Position numbers and translations under genes: made by a program. Of a stretch of 34,052 nt of DNA, positions 18,714-26,289 are shown one piece after another. The notes under the pieces are model-generated. The model made no database searches. It had not been told where the DNA came from and was given only the letters and a program-made list of their open reading frames with translations. Source of the DNA: an uncultured virus (IMG/VR IMGVR_UViG_3300023174_000105) (Duplodnaviria > Heunggongvirae > Uroviricota > Caudoviricetes); IMG/VR virus record IMGVR_UViG_3300023174_000105, one strand, 5' to 3'. Each line of letters begins with the position of its first letter. The stretch's first letter is position 1.

Positions 18714-19232
18714 TTAAGTTACGTTCCATTCAATTCCATTGTATATAAGGCCAATGGAGCCCCAAGGCGAATCAATTATGTAGTTTGCCTGACCATCAAT
18801 GGTACTAGCGAGCGCAACCACCGTAATCGGGTTGGCCAGTGCATCGCCCTGGCTATCCTTGATAATAAATATTTTACCAGTAGTACCAACGGGTAAGGTA
18901 ATTGTAGTGTTACCATCAAAAATTACTCCAATAAAGTAGTCAGTATTACTAGCACTATAAGTCGCACTATCTACTAGTGTAACCGGCAAGTTCGCCAGCG
19001 AACCAGGGGGACCCTGTGGTCCGGGCGGGCCTGGCGGGCCTTCGGGCCCTGCTGGGCCTTGAGGTCCAGGTGGGCCGGGAGGTCCAGGAAGTCCACCTGG
19101 AGCATAGTTAATAAATACATCATCGTCTGGAAATGGTGGCGGACACCAGGGGCCAATTACTGGAGGCGGCGGAGCTATGTAGGGAACCATAGGAAAACCA
19201 AAAGGCATTCCTTGTCGTTGTCTTTGATCCAT
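18714..19232 (-). CDS. Collagen-like protein with Pro-rich N-terminus and beta C-terminal domain
   Basis: About 10 Gly-X-Y triplets; C-terminal domain ending [14 protein letters not shown]. Confidence 0.85.
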   Translation of the reverse strand: MDQRQRQGMPFGFPMVPYIAPPPPVIGPWCPPPFPDDDVFINYAPGGLPGPPGPPGPQGPAGPEGPPGPPGPQGPPGSLANLPVTLVDSATYSASNTDYFIGVIFDGNTTITLPVGTTGKIFIIKDSQGDALANPITVVALASTIDGQANYIIDSPWGSIGLIYNGIEWNVT

Positions 19233-19246
19233 TTTGTAATCCCTAT

Positions 19247-19280
19247 AAAAAAGCCCCCACAGCTTTTGGCTGAAGGGGCT
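19247..19280 (-). terminator. Intrinsic terminator inside the fibre-like operon
   Basis: AGCCCCTTCAGC-CAAAA-GCTGTGGGGGCT followed by T tract. Confidence 0.8.
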
Positions 19281-19297
19281 GTATACCTAGTTCAGGA

Positions 19298-20059
19298 TTA
19301 CCGAATGTTTGTATTGGTATTTGCTGGGTTAGCGGTAAGTGTGCCGCTGCCAACATTAATAGCTTCGTTAGTACTGCGAATTTGTTGTCCAAGGCCCCAG
19401 ATTGCATTGTACAACTGACCGTACTGAGCCTGTTGTTGAGCTTGTTGTTGCATCTGATTGATGTTGTTGGTAGTTGTAACCTCAACACCGCGTGTTGCAT
19501 TACCAACGTGCTCACGGCTACGCAACTCAATAATAGCGTTGTTAGCTTCGTTAAGTTGACGATTGAGTGTGGCTTCGTACTGTGCAGTAATAAGTGCACG
19601 AGTCTTGTCGCCGTCATTTTGAACAACTTGTTGAGTCTGATTAAAACCAGCTAACATATTTGTGTTAACTGTATTAAGTTGCTGCATTAAGGCAACGCTA
19701 TTGCTATTAACAACATCTTTAACACCCTCAACACGAGTGGCTAAGGAACCTGTTGTAGCGTTAAACTGATTAGTAAGACCAATTGTTTGTTGTGCTTGGC
19801 TGGCTTCCATAGCAGCTGTACCAACTGCAACGGCTTTGTCAACTTGACCGATTGACTGCATTAATTGCATATTGGCTGTAGCTTGTGCGCTTTGTGGGGC
19901 AACGGCAACATCTCCGCCATCACCAAAAAGACCACCACGGCCTTGACGCAATAAACTGCCTAAAATAAGGCCGCCGATCAATCCGCCACCACTACCAAAA
20001 CCAAGACCACCATCACCACCAGCCATCATCATGCCACCTGGGCTTAAAACTTCTGCCAT
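19298..20059 (-). CDS. Gly-rich N-terminal / Gln-Asn-rich coiled-coil protein of unknown function
   Basis: GGGLIGGLILGSLL glycine-zipper segment; long amphipathic helices; AAGGGG SD. Confidence 0.85.
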   Translation of the reverse strand: MAEVLSPGGMMMAGGDGGLGFGSGGGLIGGLILGSLLRQGRGGLFGDGGDVAVAPQSAQATANMQLMQSIGQVDKAVAVGTAAMEASQAQQTIGLTNQFNATTGSLATRVEGVKDVVNSNSVALMQQLNTVNTNMLAGFNQTQQVVQNDGDKTRALITAQYEATLNRQLNEANNAIIELRSREHVGNATRGVEVTTTNNINQMQQQAQQQAQYGQLYNAIWGLGQQIRSTNEAINVGSGTLTANPANTNTNIR

Positions 20060-20199
20060 AATATTCCCCTTGTTATTATTATTTTAGGGTTTAAAATAGC
20101 AGGTAGTACCGGCAAGTACTACCTGCCGGTAAACTTACTGTAATAGTAAGTCTAATTGAATTCTGTGTTTCATCATCCACCAATTATTTTTATTTTGGA

Positions 20200-20284
20200 T
20201 GGTACCCAAGGCCGGATTCGAACCGGCACGACTACTAATCGGGAGATTTTAAGTCTCCTGTGTCTACCGTTTCACCACTTGGGC
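20200..20284 (-). tRNA. tRNA-Leu(UAA)
   Basis: Type II cloverleaf; CTTAAAA loop; GGTTCGAATCC; CCA. Confidence 0.95.
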
Positions 20285-20294
20285 AACTTTTAAT

Positions 20295-20323
20295 ATTATA
20301 CACTGCCAGGCAACAAAAGTCAA
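20295..20323 (-). promoter_or_regulatory. Sigma70-type promoter for tRNA-Leu and the downstream operon
   Basis: TTGACT-N17-TATAAT. Confidence 0.85.
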
Positions 20324-20409
20324 TACTATAATTTTTATTGCTAAAATACTCTTACTTTAGTACGAGTATTTTCTTGTCACAATAGGGGCAACTTTTGACG
20401 CATGACTCT

Positions 20410-20448
20410 AAAACAAACGGGCGGTAAGCCTACTAAACTTACCGCCCG
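20410..20448 (-). terminator. Intrinsic terminator after rubredoxin
   Basis: CGGGCGGTAAG / CTTACCGCCCG followed by TTTGTTTT. Confidence 0.85.
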
Positions 20449-20452
20449 CACT

Positions 20453-20590
20453 TTAACTTTCAATCAAAAAATATTCGTCTTTGTGGCAACCGCACTCAGG
20501 ACACAAGTAGAACTGTGGAAGTTCATCCCACAAACCGTCTACTTCCTCGTCATGCACATTGCCGCAAACTTCGCATTCATATTTATTCAT
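20453..20590 (-). CDS. Rubredoxin (45 aa; not in ORF track)
   Basis: MNKYECEVCGNVHDEEVDGLWDELPQFYLCPECGCHKDEYFLIES: CxxCG...W..LP....CPxCG..K. Confidence 0.88.
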   Translation of the reverse strand: MNKYECEVCGNVHDEEVDGLWDELPQFYLCPECGCHKDEYFLIES

Positions 20591-20599
20591 TGTAGTATC

Positions 20600-20761
20600 T
20601 CAATAGCTGTTGCCAAAATCCATGCCGCGCTGAAAACGTTCCCAGTTACGCATACGAGATTCTAACTCCATAACGTCCTTGGGATCGCAATCACGGATAT
20701 AATCTTCTAGGCTATATGGCCTAAACATTTTTTGAAGGTTTTGCCATAGATTACTTAGCAC
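20600..20761 (-). CDS. Small DUF3563-like protein (not in ORF track)
   Basis: GTG start; LWQNLQKMFRPYSLEDYIRDCDPKDVMELESRMRNWER pattern; family call from memory. Confidence 0.6.
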   Translation of the reverse strand: MLSNLWQNLQKMFRPYSLEDYIRDCDPKDVMELESRMRNWERFQRGMDFGNSY

Positions 20762-20978
20762 TGTTGACAAATCCATAAAGTTTTTGTGCCTGCTGAATCA
20801 CATCGTCAAATGTGTACATTTTAGGCATATGTTTTTGATAGTCTTGCTGAAGTGCTTGGCCAGTTTTAATCAGTTCCGAAAATGTTTGTTTGGCAAACTC
20901 ACAGTTAAGATCGTGTTGTCGTTGAAGATGGTCTGTGGCCATCTCCAGCAATTTTGTTCGTAATTCAAATGGATTCAT
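20751..20978 (-). CDS. Conserved phage hypothetical protein
   Basis: NPFELR..LLEMA...AQKLYGFV; AAGGA SD. Confidence 0.75.
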   Translation of the reverse strand: MNPFELRTKLLEMATDHLQRQHDLNCEFAKQTFSELIKTGQALQQDYQKHMPKMYTFDDVIQQAQKLYGFVNSAK

Positions 20979-21018
20979 AATAGTCCTTGTGTGTTGTGTG
21001 TTGCAAATAATTTAAGGC

Positions 21019-21204
21019 TTATTCGCTTTTGCCTAATCTGCCCATGTCGCCTTCGTGTGTAACACCACCACGATCAACGATATTGATAGTCATTGTTTCT
21101 GCACCGCCCTTAGGCACGTCGTCCTCATCCCGCCCTGTTTTAGGGTTAGGCGGCATTTCTGGAATATCTTCTGCGTACGTTTGTACTTGTTCGTATCTGA
21201 TCAT
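21019..21204 (-). CDS. Small hypothetical protein
   Basis: AAGGAA SD; intact ORF. Confidence 0.65.
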   Translation of the reverse strand: MIRYEQVQTYAEDIPEMPPNPKTGRDEDDVPKGGAETMTINIVDRGGVTHEGDMGRLGKSE

Positions 21205-21214
21205 ATTGGTTCCT

Positions 21215-21529
21215 TTAATCCAAGTTAGATATTTTAGTTAGGGTTTTTACTTTGTGTCCTACAATAGTATCACTAGGTTTATAGCCATCACCGTCTTTGG
21301 CATAAACTCTAATAAGTGCACCAGGATCTTCGGGTGTACCAGTAATCTTAAAACTACTGTTAGGTATTTGTTCACTGCCACTAGTAATAATTTTAGTAAT
21401 TTTGCCGCGTGCAGTGCCGCCACTGCTGTTCCAACTTACACTGTCACCGCGCTTTAGGTTCTGGGCTTTTTCAAGGATCTTATCTAGTGCAGTATTATAC
21501 TCACTAATTTTTTGTGTGTAGGCATCCAT
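21215..21529 (-). CDS. HVA1/DUF2945-like Tudor-fold protein
   Basis: GDSVSWNSSGGTARGKITK...VGHKVKTL pattern. Confidence 0.65.
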   Translation of the reverse strand: MDAYTQKISEYNTALDKILEKAQNLKRGDSVSWNSSGGTARGKITKIITSGSEQIPNSSFKITGTPEDPGALIRVYAKDGDGYKPSDTIVGHKVKTLTKISNLD

Positions 21530-21531
21530 GA

Positions 21532-21792
21532 TTATTTCATGGGATACTTAGGATACATACCTTTGCAACCAGCACATTGACACATTGCGTCATGATGTGG
21601 GTTTGTGGGTTGTACAGGTTGAACTGGTGATACTGGTATCATGTTTTTTCCTTCTGGAATTGGACCGTGTGGGCCTGGTTCATGAATATGAATAGCGGCC
21701 GCAGCCGCCTGACATTTAGCTAGTGTATCAAACATACAATCGCCATGTTCGCCGTATTTATATTTACCATTGCTGCATCGCATACATGGCAT
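21532..21792 (-). CDS. Cys/His/Pro-rich hypothetical protein
   Basis: GGAGAG SD; MPCMRCSNGKYKYG. Confidence 0.65.
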   Translation of the reverse strand: MPCMRCSNGKYKYGEHGDCMFDTLAKCQAAAAAIHIHEPGPHGPIPEGKNMIPVSPVQPVQPTNPHHDAMCQCAGCKGMYPKYPMK

Positions 21793-21801
21793 AGTGCTCT
21801 C

Positions 21802-22113
21802 CTAGGTATGATCTATAATTTTAATTGGTGTAGCACTAATAGCACTGCAACATATTTCACAGGGCTTAGCTAGGGTAGGGTTGCCACTAGCGTCATACCT
21901 AGTAACAAATATACGGTGTGCACGAGATAAATCTTGACAACGAGTTATAGCTGCAATTTCTGCGTGCAAATAGATATGGTGTTCTTTACCAACGCGTTTA
22001 GCGTGCTTAGCTTGAACAGGATGCGACTTTATGTAGCTATTCTGTCCCATACTAAGCACGCGTCCACGTTTGTCGTATATAATTGCTGTTACTTGCTGTC
22101 GTTTACTGCTCAT
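21802..22113 (-). CDS. Zinc-dependent cytidine/dCMP deaminase-like protein
   Basis: HAE and PCEIC motifs; true start at ATG 22113 because the longer ORF overlaps tRNA-Ser. Confidence 0.85.
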   Translation of the reverse strand: MSSKRQQVTAIIYDKRGRVLSMGQNSYIKSHPVQAKHAKRVGKEHHIYLHAEIAAITRCQDLSRAHRIFVTRYDASGNPTLAKPCEICCSAISATPIKIIDHT

Positions 22114-22122
22114 AATTTTTAG

Positions 22123-22214
22123 TGGCAGAGAGTGTGGGATTCGAACCCACGGTACACATCTCTGCATACGACGGTTTAGCAAACCGCTGCCTTCGGCCAC
22201 TCAGCCAACTCTCT
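22123..22214 (-). tRNA. tRNA-Ser(GCU)
   Basis: Type II cloverleaf; TTGCTAA loop; GGTTCGAATCC; G73; CCA. Confidence 0.95.
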
Positions 22215-22216
22215 AA

Positions 22217-22540
22217 TTAATAATAATATACGTGTGGCTTATAGCTTACGCTGGGTGGATCAGTATCTTCTAAGTCAGTTTCTAATAAAACTTTTTGTTC
22301 CCACACATGGCCTGCACGACGTTGTGGGCGATTCATAGTTAGGCGTGTCCACCAGCTGGGAGATCCTCTTAGATAGTGCCAATCAGTATCTAATTCTTTA
22401 CGCTTTTTAGTTTTTACACCAGGAAGTTTAATATATTTTATAGTATATCCACTATCACTAGTAATTTTAATAGTACCATAATCCCAGCGTATTTCAGGAA
22501 ACTTAAGTTCCCAGTTTCTGTCTTTTAAAGTACGGCTCAT
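22217..22540 (-). CDS. Basic/aromatic hypothetical protein
   Basis: AGGGG SD; intact ORF with structured leader. Confidence 0.75.
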   Translation of the reverse strand: MSRTLKDRNWELKFPEIRWDYGTIKITSDSGYTIKYIKLPGVKTKKRKELDTDWHYLRGSPSWWTRLTMNRPQRRAGHVWEQKVLLETDLEDTDPPSVSYKPHVYYY

Positions 22541-22659
22541 AGTAGCCCCTAAAATTATTCTTAGTTGGGTGCTGGTCTAAGGGTTTAACCAGCCTGTCTG
22601 GATGTGCCGCGAACTAATAGTTCGACCAGATTTTCCCTTGATCAAGGGGCCTTATTTTA

Positions 22660-22688
22660 ATTATAGCAAAATTAGCTAGCAAAGTCAA
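22660..22688 (-). promoter_or_regulatory. Sigma70-type promoter
   Basis: TTGACT-N17-TATAAT. Confidence 0.85.
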
Positions 22689-23676
22689 GTGCAAATTCAT
22701 GGCTGGCTAAGTTTTTTTCCTTAGATTCGCACATAATGTCGAAATCGTCCAGAAAACTGCTGGCCCAAGAGTTAACAGCTTTATTCCAATAATAGTCGCT
22801 ATGAGCTCTAAGCTTGGCACTAGTAAACCCTTGTTGTTTTAGTTGAGTTAAGCAAGGCATGGTAGTGGGGTCATGATCTATTAATACATCTTCACGACTA
22901 ACGCTGTAGTGCAGGGTTGGCCTAACACCGCGCCAACTTTCTAGGACTTGCTGTACCTTAGGATCGGTAGGCTCAATATACTTACCAGTATTGATCCAGT
23001 GATGATGTATGTCAAGCACTAGTGCACAGTCTTTGACTAATTCAAGACTAGCATCAAGACCCCAAGTATATTCAGCATTTTCTATAGTCAAGGTATTGCG
23101 GGCTTCGCGGCTGAGTTTAGGCAGCACAGCTTTGATACCTGCCGGACCTAGTTTACCGCCAATATGCACATTGCATTTAAAGTCTTGAAACTGTTGACCG
23201 TACCCCATATAACGAATAATATCACAGTGATACTCAAACTCTTGAATTGAATTTTCCACTACATTAGGATTTTCACTAGCTAGCACACAAAATTGACCTG
23301 GGTGAAATGAAATCTTAATATCATGCTTACGTGCCAATTCACCTACCTTAGCAAAACCAGTGCTAAGTAGGTTAACCATGTCTTGGTCAAAGTAGGCCCA
23401 AGTCCAGTCTTCGTGAGTATACGCTGGCAACAGATCACTGCTCATACGAAACATACGCAAATGTGGTGGACTAGCAGCAAGCCAAGTCATTTGACGTTGC
23501 AGAATTTGAATATTGTGTTTAGCAATATCATGCAATCGCTCGATTGCTACACTTTTAGTTTGCTTGTTAAGCCAAGTAAGAGTAGTTGTTTTAGTATTTA
23601 AGCTAGGATTAGCCTTGCCCGGCGATTCTTGAATCTTGCAGGCAAAACCTATGCGGCGTACAGTTTGATCAAACAT
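22672..23676 (-). CDS. uvdE: UV damage endonuclease
   Basis: RIGFAC, FRMSSDLLP, SFHPGQFCVLAS, IEN, LDIHHH, HYS, AHSD, IMCESK motifs. Confidence 0.95.
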   Translation of the reverse strand: MFDQTVRRIGFACKIQESPGKANPSLNTKTTTLTWLNKQTKSVAIERLHDIAKHNIQILQRQMTWLAASPPHLRMFRMSSDLLPAYTHEDWTWAYFDQDMVNLLSTGFAKVGELARKHDIKISFHPGQFCVLASENPNVVENSIQEFEYHCDIIRYMGYGQQFQDFKCNVHIGGKLGPAGIKAVLPKLSREARNTLTIENAEYTWGLDASLELVKDCALVLDIHHHWINTGKYIEPTDPKVQQVLESWRGVRPTLHYSVSREDVLIDHDPTTMPCLTQLKQQGFTSAKLRAHSDYYWNKAVNSWASSFLDDFDIMCESKEKNLASHEFALDFAS

Positions 23677-23878
23677 TTTTTAGTTTAGTTTTATATTGAC
23701 GAATTGCATCAGCATCTAGGCTTGCATAGGCACGAAATTTATCTTTACCGTGTTCATCATAGCATTTAGCAGCTAGTTTATATAATGACTCTACTGCCTC
23801 TAAGCCCAGTGGTTCATAGCGGTTTGTATATGCTGCCAACAAAAAATCGCGGGTATAACCTGCCATAAAATCCTCCAA
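23669..23878 (-). CDS. Hypothetical protein
   Basis: Intact ORF; probable start MAGYTR with GGAGG SD. Confidence 0.65.
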   Translation of the reverse strand: MEDFMAGYTRDFLLAAYTNRYEPLGLEAVESLYKLAAKCYDEHGKDKFRAYASLDADAIRQYKTKLKNV

Positions 23879-23888
23879 ATGAAGTAAT

Positions 23889-23917
23889 ATTATAGCAAAT
23901 TATACCCGCCGTGTCAA
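23889..23917 (-). promoter_or_regulatory. Consensus sigma70 promoter
   Basis: TTGACA-N17-TATAAT. Confidence 0.9.
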
Positions 23918-23926
23918 GACTAAGTT

Positions 23927-24343
23927 TTAGTTAATCTTGATTTGCTTTGGTTTTTTGTTTTCTGGAATTACGTGTAGGACTAGTATTTTAAGAATGCCGT
24001 CTTCTAGGTTGGCATCTTTTATTACTAAATCGCTGTGCAGTGTAAACTGTCTGTGAAATCCACGAGCACCTAGACCATGATAGATATACTGTGTAGTATC
24101 CACTTTCTGGTCCTGTTTAACACCGCGAATACTAAGTACACTATTTTCTAGTTCAATAGCAATTTCTTCACGTTTAAAACCAGCTACAGCCATTTCAATA
24201 ATGTAATCGTTTTCACCAAATTTGATTACGTTATATGGTGGATAATTAGTGTTAAGCTGATTGGCATGACGCCGCTCAAAAGCATCAAAAAATTCTTCAA
24301 AACCAAGTAATCCACGATTTAATAGTTTAGCATCAAAAGTCAT
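23927..24343 (-). CDS. Small heat-shock protein Hsp20 (IbpA-like)
   Basis: NYPPYNV, MAVAGF, YHGLGARGF, ANLEDGIL, KPKQIKI. Confidence 0.95.
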   Translation of the reverse strand: MTFDAKLLNRGLLGFEEFFDAFERRHANQLNTNYPPYNVIKFGENDYIIEMAVAGFKREEIAIELENSVLSIRGVKQDQKVDTTQYIYHGLGARGFHRQFTLHSDLVIKDANLEDGILKILVLHVIPENKKPKQIKIN

Positions 24344-24346
24344 TTG

Positions 24347-24417
24347 AATCTCCTAAAAGCAAGATTATATTGTGGGCAACTAGCCCGAGTTGTGCAGCCC
24401 CTAAACAGGCAGCCGCA
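24347..24417 (-). promoter_or_regulatory. ROSE-like RNA thermometer in hsp20 5' UTR
   Basis: AATCTTGCT-TTT-AGGAGATT hairpin with UUGCU opposite SD and a bulged G; two upstream hairpins. Confidence 0.75.
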
Positions 24418-24423
24418 AAAACT

Positions 24424-24834
24424 TTATGTTAGTAGCTTATTTTCAATTATGGCTACTAGATCTGGATTCATGTATTCGTATTTGTCTGGAATCGACCACA
24501 CACTCGACTTATCACGAATCATGTTTTCATAATAGGGACTATTGTTTTCAGCGTCTAGCCGACTAAAAGTTGCAATAGCCTCGTCAAAGTTATCCTGGCC
24601 CATAAATATGATCTTATGTGCCCACTCCAACAAGTTAACGCTAAGGGGTATTAGTGCATATTCGCTAGTACCGCAACTGCGAGTATTATAGCGGTATTTA
24701 CTTGCTATTTGAGCAGCTGTGGGACTACGCAACAACCCGGCACTGCACACAAATAGCCAGCGTCGATTGCGTCCCTGATAGGTGTTGTTATATGGAGCAG
24801 TAAGTTGAAATATTTCATCTGTTAAATTGTGCAT
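24424..24834 (-). CDS. Low-molecular-weight protein tyrosine phosphatase-like protein
   Basis: LFVCSAGLLRS (CX5RS) P-loop, IPD; start ATG 24834 coupled to upstream TAA. Confidence 0.8.
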   Translation of the reverse strand: MHNLTDEIFQLTAPYNNTYQGRNRRWLFVCSAGLLRSPTAAQIASKYRYNTRSCGTSEYALIPLSVNLLEWAHKIIFMGQDNFDEAIATFSRLDAENNSPYYENMIRDKSSVWSIPDKYEYMNPDLVAIIENKLLT

Positions 24835-25064
24835 TACATGCCTTCTATGTCTCGACAATAGTTACATATAGGATTGTTGTCTAAATCTGGAATTAGTTTA
24901 AACTCCCAGCGACCGCAATGTGTGCACTGATCTATGCCTAAGTTGCCACTAGCTAGGAGTTCGTCGTAATTAACGCCTAGATCTTCACACACATCGCTTA
25001 GTTTTTTACGCGTACCACGCAGTTCTTTAATTATTCGCTGTTTCAGCGGGTTTCCATCGATCAT
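24834..25064 (-). CDS. Small HTH plus zinc-ribbon protein
   Basis: LSDVCEDLGV; CTHC...CNYC. Confidence 0.65.
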   Translation of the reverse strand: MIDGNPLKQRIIKELRGTRKKLSDVCEDLGVNYDELLASGNLGIDQCTHCGRWEFKLIPDLDNNPICNYCRDIEGM

Positions 25065-25452
25065 CTAGGTCTTTATGAGTTTTCTCAAATTCTAAAAGGA
25101 ACATAATACAACAAGCAGCATGGGCTAAGTGCGATAGACCTGACTCAGGATCTTTGTCTTCGCCATCATTAAATGCCATAATATGCCGCATTGCTGCGCT
25201 TAAGGGTCGGCTCCACTGAAAGCCTTTACGCCAGTTATGTGCGTCGTATTTTTGTTTGCCAAAATCCATTACTAGTGCAATCTGCTCCAAAGCCTCGCGG
25301 CTTAACAAATTCATGCCTGGCTTACCACTATCAAATTTTAGTGCTCCAGTATTTGTAATTAATTGATCGCGTGTAATGGGAGCAATATCTGGTGCAGCCA
25401 TAGTGTAGCCGCTGAATTGTTGTAGTGCTCGAATGTTTTCAATAGTGTTCAT
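25027..25452 (-). CDS. dATP/dGTP diphosphohydrolase domain protein (DUF5664-like)
   Basis: KFDSGK, GKQKYDAHNWRKG, AAMRH, DPESGLSHLAHA. Confidence 0.88.
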   Translation of the reverse strand: MNTIENIRALQQFSGYTMAAPDIAPITRDQLITNTGALKFDSGKPGMNLLSREALEQIALVMDFGKQKYDAHNWRKGFQWSRPLSAAMRHIMAFNDGEDKDPESGLSHLAHAACCIMFLLEFEKTHKDLDDRWKPAETANN

Positions 25453-25480
25453 AGTTTATATATTAAAGTGTTATTTTTAT

Positions 25481-25509
25481 ATTATACCTAAACTTTGGTA
25501 AAAAGTCAA
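25481..25509 (-). promoter_or_regulatory. Sigma70-type promoter
   Basis: TTGACT-N17-TATAAT. Confidence 0.85.
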
Positions 25510-25691
25510 GATTGAATTTCTTTTGGTTTTAGCAATGCTGGCACTTGTTGGTTTCTGCGAATAGTGTCTAGAAGTGGTTGTGGCATTTCAATTTGTGGAA
25601 GATTATGTTCCCGCGTATATCGTTCATAAACGGGTAACAGCTCTCGGGCAATTAGTCGCTCCAATTGTTGAACGTATTTGTCGTTGTTCAT
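25506..25691 (-). CDS. Hypothetical protein
   Basis: GGAGA SD; first gene of the leftward block. Confidence 0.65.
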   Translation of the reverse strand: MNNDKYVQQLERLIARELLPVYERYTREHNLPQIEMPQPLLDTIRRNQQVPALLKPKEIQS

Positions 25692-25712
25692 TGAATTCTC
25701 CAGAATTTAATA

Positions 25713-25806
25713 ATTATAGCATAAACACCAGTGCAACACAATATAAAAATTTTTTAACCCGCTTATGCAAAATTAACTTGACATACGGCATTGCCTATGC
25801 TATAAT
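25713..25806. promoter_or_regulatory. Divergent promoters at the strand switch
   Basis: Minus TTGTGT-N17-TATAAT (25741-25713); plus TTGACA-N17-TATAAT (25778-25806). Confidence 0.85.
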
Positions 25807-25843
25807 TAATAGTGTTAGATTTGGCAAAATTTAGGGTAAAACA

Positions 25844-26281
25844 ATGATAAAATTCCTAATATTATGCCTGTTAGTAGTACCACAGGCAATTAATTCAGCC
25901 GACATTCCCAGAAGTTGGATTTACACCAACGAAACTGTTTGTTTGGCTAAAAATATATATCACGAGGCTAGAGGCGAAAGTATTTTGGGCAAATTAGCAG
26001 TAGCTAAAGTTACACTTAATAGAGTGGCTAGCGGTAAGTTTCGCGAAACAATTTGTAAAGTAGTATATCAGCGAGGACAATTTAGTTGGACTCAAAGCAA
26101 GTACAAACCTATCTTAGACAAAAATGCTTGGGCAGAAAGCCTACACATTGCTAAACTGTTAATGCTAAACCCAGAACTTTCAAAAACCCAGGCTATGTAT
26201 TATCACAACTTAAAAGTAAAACCCAACTGGCGTCAGCTTGATCGGGTAGACAAAATTGGCAATCACGTATTTTATATTTAA
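25844..26281 (+). CDS. SleB-like cell wall hydrolase (Hydrolase_2) with N-terminal signal peptide
   Basis: CLAKNIYHEARGE, VTLNRV, QFSW, IGNHVFY. Confidence 0.92.
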   Translation: MIKFLILCLLVVPQAINSADIPRSWIYTNETVCLAKNIYHEARGESILGKLAVAKVTLNRVASGKFRETICKVVYQRGQFSWTQSKYKPILDKNAWAESLHIAKLLMLNPELSKTQAMYYHNLKVKPNWRQLDRVDKIGNHVFYI

Positions 26282-26289
26282 GGTAAAAA

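Noticed and set aside
19000..19100. GC-rich tandem repeat as horizontally acquired DNA
   Set aside because: Explained by Gly-Pro-X collagen codons
20402..20665. 87-aa plus-strand ORF
   Set aside because: Antisense to the rubredoxin and DUF3563-like genes and crosses their terminator
22114..22200. N-terminal extension of the deaminase ORF
   Set aside because: Overlaps tRNA-Ser; the real start is ATG 22113
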